48,264 nucleotides of DNA. Source: Planctomycetota bacterium. Lineage in GTDB: Bacteria > Planctomycetota > UBA11346. Numbering within the stretch: the stretch's first letter is position 1; each line of letters begins with the position of its first letter. The stretch lies in NCBI GenBank assembly GCA_038231435.1, contig JBBRLJ010000038.1, forward strand, positions 1 through 48,264, read 5' to 3'. Shown piece after piece: positions 1 to 10,163 of the stretch. Both the position numbers and the translations under genes were made by a program. Below the pieces are notes generated by a model, which was not told the DNA's origin, did no database searches, and saw only the letters and a program-made list of their open reading frames with translations.

Positions 1-180
1 ATACGCCATGCAGGCGATGACAGCCGCCTGGTCGAGTAGCGCAACGGAGGTGAATCGCCCTTCCCAGAAATGGCCGGTGACTTCGTCGTCGCGATTCGCA
101 CGTCGCGCGATCCGCTCCTTCATCACCTTCATGAACCAGGATAGGCTCGATAGGAGAACTGTGGGAAGCAGATGTCGCCA
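1..180 (-). pseudogene. 5'-truncated REP-associated (RAYT/Y1, IS200-superfamily) tyrosine transposase fragment, running off the window edge
   Basis: Not in the ORF track. Minus-strand translation of 150->1 gives SSLSWFMKVMKERIARRANRDDEVTGHFWEGRFTSVALLDQAAVIACMAY, matching the characteristic 'LSWFM..L.E.IAR.AN.ED...G.FWEGRF.S..LLD..A...CMAY(VDLNP)' block. An in-frame TAA lies just after the tRNA 3' end, so the N-terminal HUH half is missing. Confidence 0.8.
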
Positions 181-190
181 CCAACAACAC

Positions 191-222
191 GTCCTTGTGC
201 GCAACCACTGCAGCACAAGGAC
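191..222. repeat. 10-bp perfect inverted repeat (GTCCTTGTGC-N12-GCACAAGGAC) just downstream of the tRNA 3' end
   Basis: Arms at 191-200 and 213-222, 5 nt from the tRNA CCA; no poly-U tract. Confidence 0.8.
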
Positions 223-227
223 TTATC

Positions 228-304
228 TGGTACCCACTGAGGGACTCGAACCCCCGACCCCTACCATGTCAAGGTAATGCTCTAACCAACTGAGCTAAGC
301 GGGC
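228..304 (-). tRNA. trnV: tRNA-Val (anticodon GAC)
   Basis: Reverse complement GCCCGCTTAGCTCAGTTGGTTAGAGCATTACCTTGACATGGTAGGGGTCGGGGGTTCGAGTCCCTCAGTGGGTACCA: D-arm, anticodon loop TT-GAC-AT, T-loop TTCGAGT, encoded CCA. Confidence 0.97.
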
Positions 305-316
305 GTGACGCGCGGA

Positions 317-344
317 AGTGTGCGGCTTAGGAATGGTCGGTCAA
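317..344 (-). promoter_or_regulatory. Putative sigma70-type promoter of tRNA-Val
   Basis: Minus strand TTGACC-N16-CACACT, followed by a GC-rich discriminator-like TCCGCGCG shortly before the tRNA 5' end. Confidence 0.55.
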
Positions 345-747
345 CCATGCAGAGCCGGCCAGAACCCGAGCACCGACGACGTCCGTATGGACATCCATCA
401 CCGTGAACGGGGCGACGCCGGCCATCGTTGCTCCAGACCCACCGATGACAGCAACGGCGTAACGTTGGACTGGGTAGGCGCGGTGTCGCCGAGCACCGTG
501 GGGCCAATCCGCCCGGTGCTGCCGCGCCGCTCGCCGGGCAGCGGCGGATGTCCGCCGTGCGCATCCACCGTCGCCAGGCGGACCGTGGCGGATCACTGCT
601 CGACGAGTCGGAAGCCACGGGTGAAAGGGATGCTTCGTACGCTGCGGCCCACCGATGGATCCTCGTCTCGGCTTTCGGATTCACTCCCGTGCAGCACCTT
701 CATGCCTGAAGCCCTTGCCGCGTCCGATGCGAGCCCACGATCCTTCC

Positions 748-1527
748 ATGAAAGACCGTGTCGTCGTCATCACCGGGGCGTCGTCAGGCATCGGCGCGGC
801 TCTCGCCGCCGAGGTCGCGACGCGTGGCGGCAGACCCGTCCTTGCCGCTCGCCGCGAGCGCGAGCTCGAGGAGGCGCGCGGCCGCTGCGGGGCCAAGGCC
901 ATCGCCATCGTAGCGGACGTGACGAAGCGGAGCGATGTACAACGCGTGCTCGACGAAGCCGTGCGGCGCTTCGGTCATGTCGATGCATGGGTGAACAACG
1001 CCGGGCGAGGGATCACGCGGCCAGTGTCGCAGCTGACCGACGAGGACTTCGATGACATGATGCGCGTCAACGTGCTGAGCGTCGTGTACGGCATGCAGGT
1101 TGCTCTCCGTCACTTCCAGGAGCGCGGGGCCGGCCACATCGTCAACATCTCCTCGCTGCTCGGACGCATCCCCTTCATCGCTCCGCATCGCTCGGCGTAC
1201 AGCGCGTCCAAGCACGCCGTCGACGCCCTGACCACGTCGCTGCGCGCCGAGCTGCGCCAGAGCCATCCTGGCATCCACCTCTCGCTGGTCCTGCCGGGCG
1301 TGGTGGCGACCGAATTCGGCAACCATGCCAAGCATGGCGGCGCCGACTCGCGCGCATTCCCCGGTGCGCAGCCAGTCGGGGAGGTGGCGCGCGTCATCGC
1401 CGATGTCCTCGAGTCGCCGCGAGCCGAGGTCTACACGCGACCCCAGTACCAGGAAATGGTCGCTGGATACTACGCCGCCGAGGACGCGGCGGCCTTCGAG
1501 GTGGCGCATGCGCGCCCGCCGAGATGA
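748..1527 (+). CDS. SDR family NAD(P)-dependent oxidoreductase
   Basis: TGASSGIG, NNAG and YSASK motifs; start set at MKDRVVVITG (727 also possible). Confidence 0.93.
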   Translation: MKDRVVVITGASSGIGAALAAEVATRGGRPVLAARRERELEEARGRCGAKAIAIVADVTKRSDVQRVLDEAVRRFGHVDAWVNNAGRGITRPVSQLTDEDFDDMMRVNVLSVVYGMQVALRHFQERGAGHIVNISSLLGRIPFIAPHRSAYSASKHAVDALTTSLRAELRQSHPGIHLSLVLPGVVATEFGNHAKHGGADSRAFPGAQPVGEVARVIADVLESPRAEVYTRPQYQEMVAGYYAAEDAAAFEVAHARPPR

Positions 1528-1710
1528 CACCGGCGCGAGGATCGACATCGTTTCCCCGGCCAAGTCCTGGCGTTGCACGCCCGGCTGGCCGGGCGACTGG
1601 GCGGTCGCCAGCGCGTGGCACCGTGACCTCCGTCACCTCAGACACAGACGCTGATCGTCCACACCTGTGCGCATCCCATGGGATGCCTGCACCCCATGAC
1701 AAGAGGCGCC

Positions 1711-2412
1711 ATGACTGAATCCATAGTGCTGGTGACCGGAGGCAATCGCGGCATCGGGCTCGAATGCTGCCGCCAACTCGCGGCTCGCGGCGCGAAGGTG
1801 ATGATGGGGGCCCGCGATGTCGAACGAGGCGAGCGTGCCCGCCGATCGCTCGGAGACCTCGCCGCCAGCGTACGGGTCGAGCAACTCGCCACCGACGATC
1901 CCGCGAGCATCGCCGCCTGCTCCCAGCGATTGACCAGGGATCCGGCGCGGCTGGACGTGCTCATCAACAACGCCGCCATCTACGACAGCGCGGATGCGCC
2001 AGCGACGAGCCTGCCCCTGCCAGTCCTGATCCGCACCTTCGCCACCAACGTGCATGGGCCGCTGCTGCTGACGCAGGCCCTGCTGCCGCTGCTGCGCGCC
2101 TCCTCGCGGGGCCGCATCATCAACCTCTCGAGCGGCATGGGCCAGCTCAGCGGCATGGGTACCGGAAGCGCCGCGTACCGATTATCCAAGACCACCCTCA
2201 ATGGCTTCACCGCCACGCTCGCAGCGGAGCTCGCCCCAGACCACATCGCGGTGAATTCCGTCTGTCCGGGATGGGTCAAGACCGATATGGGCGGTGCCGG
2301 AGCCTCGCGCGAGGTCGCACAGGGCGCCGACACTCCGGTGTGGCTCGCGATCGAAGCCGCTCAGGAGCTCACCGGAAGATTCTGGCGGGATCGCGCCGAG
2401 ATCCCGTGGTAG
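1711..2412 (+). CDS. SDR family oxidoreductase (carbonyl reductase-like)
   Basis: [36 protein letters not shown] upstream of ATG 1711. Confidence 0.93.
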   Translation: MTESIVLVTGGNRGIGLECCRQLAARGAKVMMGARDVERGERARRSLGDLAASVRVEQLATDDPASIAACSQRLTRDPARLDVLINNAAIYDSADAPATSLPLPVLIRTFATNVHGPLLLTQALLPLLRASSRGRIINLSSGMGQLSGMGTGSAAYRLSKTTLNGFTATLAAELAPDHIAVNSVCPGWVKTDMGGAGASREVAQGADTPVWLAIEAAQELTGRFWRDRAEIPW

Positions 2413-2532
2413 CCTTGCCGAGCGCCATCCACTCGGATGCGTCGTAGCCGGGGACCCTTCGATAAACGTCACCTCACTTGTCGTGGTCACGGCATGCCGA
2501 GATGGGAGCGCGGGATGCCGCTTCCGGTTCAC

Positions 2533-2660
2533 GGGAAGGAGCTGGAAGCCGGAGAACGTCGCGGTGCAGAGCATGCCGTCGTGGCGGCTGCTGACCGCGA
2601 GCCCGATCGCCAGGCGCACCGGCGGCAGGGGCCAGCGGATGATCCACGCGGCTGTGGACC
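2533..2660 (-). pseudogene. Remnant of the C-terminus of a DUF1349-like/ConA-like beta-sandwich module
   Basis: Minus-strand reading [25 protein letters not shown] aligns with [25 protein letters not shown] at the end of the 4128-7526 protein. Confidence 0.45.
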
Positions 2661-2713
2661 CTGCGCCGCAATGCCGCAGACATGCCATCGTCGTCCGTCA
2701 CGCTCGGCGCAGC

Positions 2714-3718
2714 ATGGCCGATTCTCCTGTGGTCCCGTTGTCGGTCCTCGATCTGGCGCCCATCGTCGAGGGAGGTGACGCCGCGCAGGCGCTGCGCAAT
2801 TCCCTCGATCTCGCCCAGCACGCCGAGGTGTGGGGCTACCACCGCTTCTGGCTCGCCGAGCATCACAACATGCCTGGCATCGCCAGCGCGGCGACCGCGG
2901 TGGTGATCGCCCACGTGGCAGGTGGTACCTCCACCATCCGCGTCGGGTCCGGCGGCGTCATGCTGCCCAACCACTCGCCGCTGGTGATCGCCGAACAATT
3001 CGGAACCCTCGAATCCCTGTTCCCAGGTCGCATCGATCTCGGCATCGGCCGCGCGCCAGGCGCCGATCAGCTCACCGCCCGGGCGTTGCGGCGGGGTCAG
3101 TCGCCCGAGGACGATTTCCCCGACGAGCTCGCCGAGCTGCGCGCATACTTCGGCGAGGCGGGCCGCAGCCGCGGCATCAGGGCCATCCCCGGCGCGGGAT
3201 TGGAGGTGCCGATCTGGCTGCTCGGCTCGAGCCTGTTCAGCGCCCAGTTGGCGGCATCGCTGGGCCTGCCCTATGCCTTCGCCGCGCACTTCGCACCCGA
3301 CCATCTGATGAACGCGCTCGAGCTCTATCGCGGCGGCTTCACGCCGTCTGAACAGCTGCAACGCCCACGCGTGATGATCGGCCTCAACGTGTTCGCGGCC
3401 GCCACCGACGACGAGGCCAAGCGTCTATCGACTTCGTTGAAGCTGCAGTTCCTCAACCTGCGGCGAGGCCATCCCGGCCGGCTGCAGCCGCCGGTGGATA
3501 CGATGGAAGGATCGTGGACTCCGGCGGAGCGCGCGCAGGTGGAGCATGCGCTCGCGTACGCGATCATCGGCTCGCCCGACACGGTGCGCAGCGGACTCGC
3601 GGCGATCACGAAGCGGTGCGCGCCAGACGAGATCATCGTCACGGCGCAGATCTTCGACCATCAGGCGCGACTGCGGTCGTTTGAGCTGGTGGCGGAGATC
3701 GGGATGGGAAAGAGCTGA
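2714..3718 (+). CDS. LLM-class flavin-dependent oxidoreductase (luciferase-like, YhbW/group 1)
   Basis: [56 protein letters not shown]. Confidence 0.95.
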   Translation: MADSPVVPLSVLDLAPIVEGGDAAQALRNSLDLAQHAEVWGYHRFWLAEHHNMPGIASAATAVVIAHVAGGTSTIRVGSGGVMLPNHSPLVIAEQFGTLESLFPGRIDLGIGRAPGADQLTARALRRGQSPEDDFPDELAELRAYFGEAGRSRGIRAIPGAGLEVPIWLLGSSLFSAQLAASLGLPYAFAAHFAPDHLMNALELYRGGFTPSEQLQRPRVMIGLNVFAAATDDEAKRLSTSLKLQFLNLRRGHPGRLQPPVDTMEGSWTPAERAQVEHALAYAIIGSPDTVRSGLAAITKRCAPDEIIVTAQIFDHQARLRSFELVAEIGMGKS

Positions 3719-4127
3719 GGTCTTGCCGCTCAGCGCAGCGGAGAGCGGGGCAAGACTCTAGCCGCTCGCGCTGGGCGGAGATATTTTTGGGCTATTATCC
3801 CATCGTTTTGTGCTATCTGGATTTTGCACGACGCGACGCGAGAGAACCCTTCCGAAACGTTGACGCCAGGATGCCGAGGTTAGGCACGCGCAGATCCACA
3901 CGCTCGTCGCATGCGAAACGTCGCTGATTTTAGCGTGATTTTTTCTGATATACCGAGCCTGGATCAGCCGCTTCCCAGGCCACGTATATCACGGTGATCA
4001 GCGTGCATGAGTCATGCGATCGCGAGTGCATGAATGTGCCCAGGGATTTTCGATGCATGGGAATATGCTAGTGGCGACTACCCCGCCGGCACGCGCCGGC
4101 CTCCAACATCCTGTCCAGGAGTCACCC

Positions 4128-7100
4128 ATGAACCTGCGCCGTTGCCTCTGTCTGCTGCCGATCCTCATCGCGGTCTTCGCGTGCGGGCCGCTGTGGGCCG
4201 CCCAGCAACTTCCCGGCATCATCTTCGACTCGGACATGTCGAGCGATCATGACGATGCAGCCGACATCGCCGTCTTGCATGCCTTGGCCGATCTCGGCGA
4301 GTGCCAGATCCTCGCGTGCATGGCCAGTTCCCAGAATGGGGGAACGGCGTTGGCCTTCAACTCGATCAATGCCTACTACGGCAGGCCCGACATCCCCTGC
4401 GGCAGGCGGCCTGATTGCGGCGGACCGGGGGCATACCCAGGCACGATCATCTCCGAATTTCCCCATCCGCTCTACGCGACGTTCACGGATCCGCCCCTGG
4501 CCGTGAATCTCTACCGTCAGGTCCTGGCGGCCCAGCCCGACCACAGCGTATCCATCGTCACCACCGGCTACCTGAACAACCTGCAGGCCCTGATGCAGTC
4601 AGGCGCGGATGGGTACAGCGCCCTGAACGGCATGGATCTGATCCGCCAGAAAGTGAAGCTCCTCGCCTGCGCGGGCGGATGCTATCCCGCCGGTAACGAG
4701 TTTAACCTCAGGGTCGAGCCCGCGGCGGCGGCCTTCGTGCTGAACAACTGGCCGACAGCCGCGTTCTTCGACGGCTACGATGTCGGGCAGGACATCTATT
4801 CAGGTGGCGACCTGCAGCAGACCGGGACATTCAACCCCATACGCCGCTGCTTCGAGCTGACCTTCTTCGGACCTTATCCCACGTGGGGTCAGATCATGGT
4901 CTATTACGCAGTCCGCTCGGCGGAGAGCCAGAGCCTGTGGACCTTCAATACCACCGGCCACAACAACGTCGATGCGACCGGTCACAATTGGTGGAGCACC
5001 GAATCCGATCCGTCGGGCGCTCAAGAGCAGGGCTACATGGTGGAGATCCAGCGGTACCCGATCCAGCAGGCGATCAGCACGCTGGTGATGAACTCCGGCG
5101 CACCGAAGAGCCGGGGAACGGTGAGCCCGCCCAACCAGCCGAGCAACCTCAGGGCAACGGTCGTGGGCGGCAATCGCATCGATCTGCAATGGACCGACAA
5201 TTCCTGGAACGAGACCGGGTTCGTCGTCGAGCGCAAGATCAACGGCGTCTTCTCGCAGATCGCCAGCGTGAGCGCCGGCGTCACCGCCTATTCGGACACG
5301 GGCCTGTCCACGACGGCCAATGTGGCCTACCGGGTGAAGGCCAACAACGCTCTCGGCGGCTCGGGCTATGCCACACTCACGGTCTACAGCGGCGGCTGGA
5401 CCGAAGCCAATCTGTCGAATCCCAACGACCACACGCCAATCTACCAGTGCTACCAGTACGACAACTTGAATTGGATGCGGGGTCCCGGGGTGTGCGAGCA
5501 TGTGATCGTGAACAACGATTCGACTCACGGCCAGGACGTGACGATCAACGTCATGGTGGGTGCCCAGGGCGGATACGGCAGATTCTATGTCTACTTCCTC
5601 TATCAGGACCAGAAGAACTGGTACCGGCTGAACACCGGCACCTCAGGCGAGGGAGCGGCGAATTACACGAGCAAGTTCGAGAAATCGATCAATGGGACCA
5701 TCACCCAGATCGGAGCCGCCTCGGCAGAGGGCGTGAACATCGGCAATGGTTCGATGATGCAGACCTGGCAGGTCGCCGTGTCCCATACGGGGAGCCTGCA
5801 GTTCTCGTCGAACAACAACGCGAGCGGCAATCCCAGTCCCACGATGCATCAGGTCCTGAATGTGACCGACACCCTCGGTTTCAGTACTGGCCGGATCGCC
5901 CTGGGAACCAACTACGGCCAGCCGGTCTGGGACAATTTCAGTTTTGATTCCGCCAGTGTCGGCGCCACCACCGCCGCCACTGGCTTGACCCTGGCGCCCG
6001 CGGCCATCGTGGTGAACCCCAACGCCGCGGTCGCCCTGACCGCGACCGTCATCCCGACGAACGCCACCAGTCCGACCTACGCGTGGTACCGGAGCGCCAG
6101 CAACGTCACCAACGGCGGTACGCTGATCGCCGGCCAGAACGCGAACACCTACGCACCCCCGACCGCGACGGTCGGCACGCTCTACTACTACGCCACCGTC
6201 ACCGCCGGCGGGGCCACCGTCACCAGTTCGAGCACCTCCGCGGTGACCGTGAGCTCGACGACGGCGGCACCGGCGATCACCAGCCAGCCGGCGAGCGTGA
6301 CGGTGAATGTCGGCCAGACCGCGACCTTTTCCGTGACCGCCAGCGGCAACCCGGCGCCCGCTTATCAGTGGCAAAAGAACGGCGTGGCCATCGCCGGCGC
6401 GACTGCCGCCAGCTACACCACCCCGGCGACCGTGAGCGGCGACAACGGCGCGACCTTCCGCTGCGTGGCGACCAGCAGCGCCGGCAGCGCCACCTCCACC
6501 GTAGCGACGTTGACGGTGGCCGCCGTCGGGGGCGCGCTCGATCCGCTCATTCCCGCAGCCGCGCGGATCAACGACGGCGGCGGCGGATGGGCTGGATCCG
6601 GCAGCACCGCCGACAAGGCCTTCGACGGCAACGTCGCCACCGCTTATGACGCGGCGAATGGCGACAGCGCCTATACCGGCATCGACGTCGGTGCCGGCAG
6701 CGCCGCCACTGTGACCGCGATCCGCTTTCAAGCCCGTGCAGGTTGGCCGTCGCGCATGATCGGCGGGGTGTTCGAAGGCTCGAACACGCCGACCAGCGGC
6801 TATGCCACCCTGGCTACCGTCAGCAGCGCCTCGGATTCGGCGTGGACGACGCTGATGGTCACCGGTGCGGCGCCCTATCGCTACCTGCGCTACCGCGGGC
6901 CCGCTGGCGGCTGGTGCAACGTCGCAGAGATCGAGTTCCACGGGACCGTGGGAACTGCGGCAGGCGGCACTACCGCGTGGGCGAACCAGGACGTGGGCGG
7001 CACGGGCTTGGCCGGATCGATGAGCACGGCCAACGGCACGATCACCGTCACGGGCGCGGGCGCGGACATCTGGGGCACCGGCGACGCCTTCCAGCTCGCG

Positions 7101-7526
7101 TCGCAGCCGCTCACCGGCGATGGCAGCATTGTCGCGCGGGTGGCGTCGCTGCAGAACACCGATCCCTGGGCCAAGGCCGGAGTGATGATCCGCGAGGGCA
7201 CAGCCGCGGGAGCCACGCATGCCTTCTGCTGCGTGACGGCCGGCAACGGCGTCGCCTTACAGCGCCGCACGTCGACCAACTCGGCGACGTCGCACACCGC
7301 GGGCTCGCTGAGCGCCGCGCCACGCTGGGTGAAGCTGGTGCGGCTGTCGACCACCATCACCGGCTACGAATCCGCTGATGGCGTCACCTGGACTACGGTG
7401 GGATCGACGACCATCAGCCAGGCCAATCCCGTGCGGATCGGCTTGGCGGTAACCAGTCACAGCAACGGCGTGCCGTGCACTGCGGTGTTCGACCACGTGG
7501 TGGTGACGCCCGGGGGCAACGGCTGA
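4128..7526 (+). CDS. Secreted multidomain protein: nucleoside-hydrolase-fold domain + FN3 + beta-jelly-roll + Ig-like x2 + discoidin/F5-8-like + DUF1349-like module
   Basis: RBS AGGAG; signal peptide; [13 protein letters not shown] (DxDxxxDxDD); FN3 [17 protein letters not shown]; Ig [57 protein letters not shown]. Confidence 0.85.
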   Translation: MNLRRCLCLLPILIAVFACGPLWAAQQLPGIIFDSDMSSDHDDAADIAVLHALADLGECQILACMASSQNGGTALAFNSINAYYGRPDIPCGRRPDCGGPGAYPGTIISEFPHPLYATFTDPPLAVNLYRQVLAAQPDHSVSIVTTGYLNNLQALMQSGADGYSALNGMDLIRQKVKLLACAGGCYPAGNEFNLRVEPAAAAFVLNNWPTAAFFDGYDVGQDIYSGGDLQQTGTFNPIRRCFELTFFGPYPTWGQIMVYYAVRSAESQSLWTFNTTGHNNVDATGHNWWSTESDPSGAQEQGYMVEIQRYPIQQAISTLVMNSGAPKSRGTVSPPNQPSNLRATVVGGNRIDLQWTDNSWNETGFVVERKINGVFSQIASVSAGVTAYSDTGLSTTANVAYRVKANNALGGSGYATLTVYSGGWTEANLSNPNDHTPIYQCYQYDNLNWMRGPGVCEHVIVNNDSTHGQDVTINVMVGAQGGYGRFYVYFLYQDQKNWYRLNTGTSGEGAANYTSKFEKSINGTITQIGAASAEGVNIGNGSMMQTWQVAVSHTGSLQFSSNNNASGNPSPTMHQVLNVTDTLGFSTGRIALGTNYGQPVWDNFSFDSASVGATTAATGLTLAPAAIVVNPNAAVALTATVIPTNATSPTYAWYRSASNVTNGGTLIAGQNANTYAPPTATVGTLYYYATVTAGGATVTSSSTSAVTVSSTTAAPAITSQPASVTVNVGQTATFSVTASGNPAPAYQWQKNGVAIAGATAASYTTPATVSGDNGATFRCVATSSAGSATSTVATLTVAAVGGALDPLIPAAARINDGGGGWAGSGSTADKAFDGNVATAYDAANGDSAYTGIDVGAGSAATVTAIRFQARAGWPSRMIGGVFEGSNTPTSGYATLATVSSASDSAWTTLMVTGAAPYRYLRYRGPAGGWCNVAEIEFHGTVGTAAGGTTAWANQDVGGTGLAGSMSTANGTITVTGAGADIWGTGDAFQLASQPLTGDGSIVARVASLQNTDPWAKAGVMIREGTAAGATHAFCCVTAGNGVALQRRTSTNSATSHTAGSLSAAPRWVKLVRLSTTITGYESADGVTWTTVGSTTISQANPVRIGLAVTSHSNGVPCTAVFDHVVVTPGGNG

Positions 7527-7568
7527 AGCGTCGCGGCCAATCCCATACCTCTACGCCCGGAGCCGATC

Positions 7569-8042
7569 ATGCGCGCCATACCTATCTTCCCCCGCAACTT
7601 CTCGCTCCCTCTGTTCATCGGCCTCATCGCTCTCGCTTCGTGCGGCGTCGTGACGCACGGGAGCGGCGCGGGCGCCGATGGTGGTGGGGGATCGTCCTCG
7701 GCGCTGCTCGGCGAGCGCGCGGTGCCGGGGTATGCGCTATCGGTCACCCGCCTGTCCGAGATCCACCCTGGCCAGTCCTGCACGGTGCGCGTGACCGTCA
7801 CCCCCGATTCCGGACAACCGGCGCCAGCGCGCCTCGAGGTGTGGCTGGGGACGACCACGTACGATTCGACGGCGACGACCTCTGCCGCCATGCCGATCAC
7901 GAGCGCGGCCAACGCCTACGACGTGACGGTGGCCCTGCCCGCCAGCCTGCCCACAGATGCCGTGGTGTGGATCCGCCTCACCACCGTAGACGGTGCGGTC
8001 ATCGAGGCCGGGCGCGAGGCGTTTCCGCTCGCGGTGAAGTGA
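7569..8042 (+). CDS. Hypothetical lipoprotein
   Basis: RBS GGAG; hydrophobic leader ending in lipobox LASC; 42 nt downstream of the previous gene. Confidence 0.7.
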   Translation: MRAIPIFPRNFSLPLFIGLIALASCGVVTHGSGAGADGGGGSSSALLGERAVPGYALSVTRLSEIHPGQSCTVRVTVTPDSGQPAPARLEVWLGTTTYDSTATTSAAMPITSAANAYDVTVALPASLPTDAVVWIRLTTVDGAVIEAGREAFPLAVK

Positions 8043-8072
8043 CTCTCCGCCGAGTCGCCCATCCAACGAATT

Positions 8073-8108
8073 GCCGGAGCACGGACTCCGCCCGTGCTCC
8101 GGCTTTCC
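8073..8108. terminator. Probable (bidirectional) intrinsic terminator between convergent genes
   Basis: 12-bp perfect stem GCCGGAGCACGG / CCGTGCTCCGGC with a 7-nt loop, flanked by AATT and TTT. Confidence 0.6.
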
Positions 8109-8131
8109 ACCTGTCGGCTACTTGCGACGAG

Positions 8132-8758
8132 CTATTTCCGTGCGGCGCTCTGTGCCTGACTCGCCCGTCCCGACTTCGTGGAACGCGTCGCCGCTGATGC
8201 ACTCGATGTGCGCGCGGCCTTGCCCGCGCTCCCTACCTTTTCCTTCGACCCCTTCGACGGCGCCGGCCGGCTCGAGGCCGGACCTTCGAGCAGCGTCTGC
8301 CGGCGCTTGGCCATGCGCGCGCCGAGCTGGGCGAGCTGCGCCGCGTCCAACACCCGCCTGGCCTGGGGGAACATCTTCTTTTCTTCTTCCTTGATGTGGT
8401 GCTCGAGGCTTTCACCAAGCACGTGAGCCTTCGGTCCCCAATCCTCGCTGTCGATCGCCATGCGAGTGATCTCGGCGGTGAGGAGGTCGGCGACATGATG
8501 CTCCTGGTAGCCCTCGAGGACGATGTCCTTGGACTTCGCGTGCCGCTCCAGCACAGGGTAGAAAATGGTCTCCTCGATACGCTCATGGGCGGACAGCAGA
8601 CGCTTGAGCTGCCCGAACAGCCGCGCGCGGGTCACGCGCGAACGCGTGGTGGTCTCGTTGATGCGGTCGATGAGTTCCTGGAACGTATCATGGTCGCGCT
8701 TGAGCAGGGCGATCGGATCGGTCGGGGATGCGGTGGTGAACCAGGATGTCAGGGACAT
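8132..8758 (-). CDS. Hemerythrin (HHE) domain protein with a basic C-terminal tail
   Basis: DPIALLKRDH, HERIEETIFYP, EHHVAD, HHIKEEEKKMFP; GAGG RBS before ATG 8758. Confidence 0.9.
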   Translation of the reverse strand: MSLTSWFTTASPTDPIALLKRDHDTFQELIDRINETTTRSRVTRARLFGQLKRLLSAHERIEETIFYPVLERHAKSKDIVLEGYQEHHVADLLTAEITRMAIDSEDWGPKAHVLGESLEHHIKEEEKKMFPQARRVLDAAQLAQLGARMAKRRQTLLEGPASSRPAPSKGSKEKVGSAGKAARTSSASAATRSTKSGRASQAQSAARK

Positions 8759-10083
8759 GTGGGCCTCGTGTGCGTGCGTGGTGTGGCTCGAGTCGGGGAA
8801 GCGGAAGTAGGGAGGAGCGGCCGCGACGGCGGCTGGCTGGTGCGCGATGGCCACGTGCGCGCTCCGTGCCCGACTGCCAGGCCGATGGCGCGCAGCTGGG
8901 CGGGGCGGGTATCGTGAGCTGGGTCGTATCCACCATGCGGCTGCTGGTAGGCAAACCACGGCGACGGCGTCCAGCTCCAGCTGTTGAGCAGCGAGGCGGT
9001 CGCCGCGCGCGGGCGCGGCATCGGCGCGGCGCGGCGCGGCGGCGGGATCGGCGTCTCGGCGGCCGCAACGACGGGCACGGGCACCGGCGCCGACGCCGGT
9101 CCAGTGACGCACAGGCGCCGGTAGTAGGTGAGGAAGATCTCGAAGATGCCGTAGGTGACCAAGCCGACCGACACCGGTGCGAGCAGGTATGGGACGTAGG
9201 TCTGCTCATCGAGCCAGCGCAGCGTGCCGCCGAGGCCTCGCGCAGTCGTCGGATCGGCATGCCAGCCCGCGGACATCATCAGGGCGCCCATCCCCAGCGC
9301 GACGATGCCGCGTGCCAGGTATCCGGTGCGAGCAAGACAGGTGATCGCATGGAACAGCGACGGACGCATGACCTCGAGACGCAGGCGACGACGCACGTAG
9401 GCGGTGTGGATCATGTAGAACTGCAGCAGCGCCACCGTCATCAGGATGGCCCCGGCCGTAAGCACCAGCCACTCGCCGTGGGTGTGCTGCATCAGGCTCG
9501 CGATGACTGCGCGCGCGAGCGCGTCTCCGCTGCCATCTCCGCGATCGCCGCCGAGCATGATGCCCAGGCCGAGCGTCCCCAGCCCGGCATAGATGGCCGC
9601 GCGCAGCAGCATGCTCACGCGCTTGATCAGCCCGATCGGCCTCCACCCCTTGCCGTCGGTATCGCAGATCGCGCCGGTGGTCTTGAAGAGCGCGTAGCCG
9701 AAGAACCCGAGAGTGATCAGCGCCAGTACGGCTTGGCCCACGCCGCCATCGGCGAGCCGGATGAAGACACCGTACGCATTGAGGCAATCGCCCTGGAGAC
9801 CGATCGCGACGAAGCCCGAGAAGCAGCCCATGGCGATGAACATCAGGCCCTTCACCAGCAGCCCGAGGCGGGCGAGCGCCTGGTAGAGCAGCAAGGACGA
9901 GATCGAACGCCCCACGCCCTCGATGGCGGGGACGATGCCCGCGCCAGACTTTCCGTTCAGCGAGCCGTTCGGCGAACCGTTTGCCGCGTCAACCGCAGAG
10001 GATCGAGCGCCAGACCGTGCATTGTGCAGGCCCGATACGGGTCGATCGTGAAATTTAGCGAAAAAATGCGCTGCAAGCGGCAT
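8749..10083 (-). CDS. DUF1206-domain membrane protein (start uncertain)
   Basis: Repeated ARLGLLVKG / ARTGYLARGIV blocks, A.GL.GTL motif and about 6 TM segments; the true start may lie downstream of 10083. Confidence 0.75.
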   Translation of the reverse strand: MPLAAHFFAKFHDRPVSGLHNARSGARSSAVDAANGSPNGSLNGKSGAGIVPAIEGVGRSISSLLLYQALARLGLLVKGLMFIAMGCFSGFVAIGLQGDCLNAYGVFIRLADGGVGQAVLALITLGFFGYALFKTTGAICDTDGKGWRPIGLIKRVSMLLRAAIYAGLGTLGLGIMLGGDRGDGSGDALARAVIASLMQHTHGEWLVLTAGAILMTVALLQFYMIHTAYVRRRLRLEVMRPSLFHAITCLARTGYLARGIVALGMGALMMSAGWHADPTTARGLGGTLRWLDEQTYVPYLLAPVSVGLVTYGIFEIFLTYYRRLCVTGPASAPVPVPVVAAAETPIPPPRRAAPMPRPRAATASLLNSWSWTPSPWFAYQQPHGGYDPAHDTRPAQLRAIGLAVGHGARTWPSRTSQPPSRPLLPTSASPTRATPRTHTRPTCP

Positions 10084-10163
10084 GGAACCCTCGGGTTATG
10101 CTGTAGAGCACATGGGGTGCCGAATGCCGCCGCGTGCCCGGCCGCTGGCCACGGCACGTGAAT

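Noticed and set aside
191..222. Hairpin as a rho-independent terminator of the tRNA
   Set aside because: No U-tract follows on the minus strand (GTGTTGTTGG only); kept as an inverted repeat of uncertain role.
8..684. ORFs 8-277, 295-684 and 318-1055 as protein genes
   Set aside because: They overlap the tRNA, the transposase remnant or the SDR and show no protein-like composition.
3780..3950. AT-rich region with two CGAAACGT copies (LacI-operator-like) and TTGACG
   Set aside because: Probably regulatory, but the palindromes are only half-sites and no properly spaced -10 was found, so no specific call is supportable.
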